The notes under the pieces are model-generated. The model saw nothing but the letters and a program-made list of their open reading frames with translations. It did not search any database and was not told where the DNA came from. Source: Aureliella sp. (GTDB taxonomy: Bacteria > Planctomycetota > Planctomycetia > Pirellulales > Pirellulaceae). Taken from it: a stretch of DNA of 64,000 nt. The translations under genes were made by a program, and so were the position numbers. Position 1 is the first letter of the stretch, and the number at the start of each line of letters is the position of its first letter. The stretch lies in contig OY829846.1 of assembly GCA_963691875.1 (NCBI GenBank), positions 2,400,001-2,464,000 of the forward strand, in the 5' to 3' direction. Of this stretch, positions 62,901 to 64,000 are shown piece after piece.

Positions 62901-64000
62901 AGCAGCGGCAAGGTGGATCGCAAGCGTTTGCCCCAGATCGATCTAAGCGCATTCGCTGGCACCCAAAAAATTGTTCCGGCCTCAAACACATTGGAGGAGT
63001 TCCTTCTGCAGGATTGGCTCGAAGTTCTTGGGCTGGAAGAAGCCGGTGTCAACCAAAACTTTTTCGATGTTGGCGGTAGTTCACTACAAGCGGCGTTGCT
63101 GACTTCGCGGTGGAGCGAAGGCCTCGAAATCGATATCCCAACCAGCTTGCTTTTCGATTTGACTGATCTGACTCAAATTGCGGCGCGGATTGCAGTTCTG
63201 CACCCGGAGTCGATTGAGAGTCGGTTTGGCCTAGAGTGCATCGAGCAAATTGCAGCCGGTCGGGGGAAGTCCAATGATCACAAGCATCCATTGGTTGCTT
63301 CGTTTAGTTCGAGCGGCGAATCAATCGCGCTTGGAGCACAGCAGCCGATCTTCATGATCCACCCGCCCGGAGGCATCGTCGTGTGCTATCGCGAGTTGGC
63401 GAAACTGCTGGGAAGTCGCCCCTTATTTGCGATTCGCTCGCACGGTTTGCACGGCGAGGAGGAATTGCCAGCCAGTGTCGAAGCAATGGCAGCCGCCTAC
63501 CGTGAGGCCATTCGCTCGGTGCAGCCAAGCGGGCCTTACCTCCTTGGCGGATGGTCGCTTGGCGGACTCGTGGCTTATGAAGTGGCTCAGCAGGCTCTCG
63601 CCGTGGGAGAAGCAGTCAGTCGACTCGTGTTGCTTGACACCACAATCCCAGAAAACGCATCGAGCCTTGTGCCTGCCAAGGACCAAGTCAACGTAGGGCT
63701 CGAGTACGGCATTGAGCTCAGTTTGGATCAACTAGGAGAGTTGGCACCGGAGGAACAATTGCCATTCCTATGGGAACATGCGAAGAAACTCGGAGTCATC
63801 GACGAGAAGTCTCCTCCCGAAGTGATCGAAAAATCCTTGCGAGATCTTCAAAGGCTTTTTCATCACCACGTTTCGGTCAGCCGAGACTATCGAATGCGTC
63901 CGATTGAAACAGACATTCTTTTGTTCCGGCCCGAAGAAGTACCTTTTGAGCTGCAAGTTTCCGAGGACCGTGGCTGGGGTACTCTCGCGAAAACAGTCGA
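59901..64000 (+). CDS. NRPS module C-A-PCP-TE (3' end beyond window; absent from ORF track)
   Basis: Manual translation from ATG 59901: C HHIVVDFWS; A YAVFTSGSTGKPKG, FDAG, NFYGPTE, GEIAIGGAGLARGY, YLTGD, SSGKVDRK; PCP FFDVGGSSL; TE HPPGG, GWSLGG. Confidence 0.95.
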   Translation, partial: MSADPFSTSSSKPASLGAMSEEEKRQLLAKLLAKKAQENKVFPMSEGQQGLWHAFRRDPNQTSFNVFLPTRVRSGLNLNALQKSTELIARRNPLLTATFSDSGGELLQTIHESRVPEFSVIDILGADDAKIQQVVGAETLKAFDLESGPLLRMLLYRVGEDDYVLLALTHHIVVDFWSLVIILDEVRRAYAGFTANAEPKLDAAVQNFAEFVREQREHLDSSEGKRLQAHWQHVLGQGSPVLDLPLDRVRPTRFTSRAANCALPLTPELGRQVQAVAKRNSSTPFSVLNAAVQVFLSRYGGEQEFFIGSPFSGRNSRKYEKTVGFFVNMLPIHADLSDAPTFNALVRRTGKTLFNALEHENYPIARMVQDAKVVRDASRSPAFQVSCTFEKAQLKEESGRAGFLFPGEKQVWDFAGMQQESFYIPVQTCHYDLEFIFEQTDETLRGMFCYCRDLFSKESVEQFAENFVSLLQSLLDRSSESIRHVTWGNAAAVAKGREDKPSELQNRIGRVEHLIGNVVERQADSTAISFQNTTWTYREFASLAREITKHAGLPESSHPRDTLIPIYARRTPTVWASMFALHQAGYAFVPIDAGQPGVDLREVMEQTKASFALIAPEYEAEFAADSFATRPLLDAASSDLPEETRVASPVSSRGDELAYAVFTSGSTGKPKGVMVDQQAVCNTLHWRMTDIPLKPTDRVLMLLSHQFDAGLGIAWTTLTQGATLVMADEETLQDPQAIIELIIRERINVIPAPPSLLSLIVSHPKFRDCAANLKYLWTGGEAMSPDFPELVRSRCNARLFNFYGPTEAAIEATYCDVTDHDKQMPVPLGHTIDNAEIVIVDEQQHLLPSTVPGEIAIGGAGLARGYLGDAELTESRFIPHPADATKRLYLTGDRGRINSSGQVEFFGRTDHQVKLQGYRIELGEIEAAIESHLGVDRAAVKIVDAGSPNAKLVAFASPLSEKSTSEKDQLRTELRSYLSDRLPRYKIPAALMMLDSLPETSSGKVDRKRLPQIDLSAFAGTQKIVPASNTLEEFLLQDWLEVLGLEEAGVNQNFFDVGGSSLQAALLTSRWSEGLEIDIPTSLLFDLTDLTQIAARIAVLHPESIESRFGLECIEQIAAGRGKSNDHKHPLVASFSSSGESIALGAQQPIFMIHPPGGIVVCYRELAKLLGSRPLFAIRSHGLHGEEELPASVEAMAAAYREAIRSVQPSGPYLLGGWSLGGLVAYEVAQQALAVGEAVSRLVLLDTTIPENASSLVPAKDQVNVGLEYGIELSLDQLGELAPEEQLPFLWEHAKKLGVIDEKSPPEVIEKSLRDLQRLFHHHVSVSRDYRMRPIETDILLFRPEEVPFELQVSEDRGWGTLAKTV

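Noticed and set aside
60467..63956. Short ORFs in the track suggesting a gene-poor end
   Set aside because: The region is one open NRPS frame from 59901 with no stop inside the window.
1..64000. rRNA, tRNA, CRISPR array, transposase or integrase
   Set aside because: No cloverleaf/T-loop signature, regularly spaced repeat array or recombinase motif seen by eye; covariance searches could not be run.

Overview
64 kb of a bacterial chromosome, very probably a Planctomycete (Pirellulaceae-like). The assignment is inferred from a DUF1549/DUF1553 cytochrome plus DUF1501 pair, four sulfatases, a zinc-ribbon membrane protein and an AroD-AroE fusion. Housekeeping genes include glnE, trpG/pabA, aroDE, panC, rlmN and pstSCAB. 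Two putative biosynthetic systems stand out. The first is a three-gene minus-strand terpenoid operon (10420-15070): squalene-hopene-cyclase-like class II cyclase, Cys-rich DUF116 domain fused to a trans-prenyltransferase, and a chorismate-lyase-like protein, with no squalene synthase. The second is a fully reducing single-module PKS (KS-AT-DH-ER-KR-ACP) followed by a C-A-PCP-TE NRPS that is missing from the ORF track because it runs off the window. An ABC permease precedes it and an SppA homologue lacking its catalytic residues is transcribed divergently. Also present are a stand-alone GyrB-type TOPRIM protein, a histidine-decarboxylase-family gene coupled to a tandem-ACT gene, a HEAT-sulfatase fusion and at least five eroded gene remnants. 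I saw no rRNA, tRNA, CRISPR array or transposase. All family calls come from motif recognition by eye, not from database searches.
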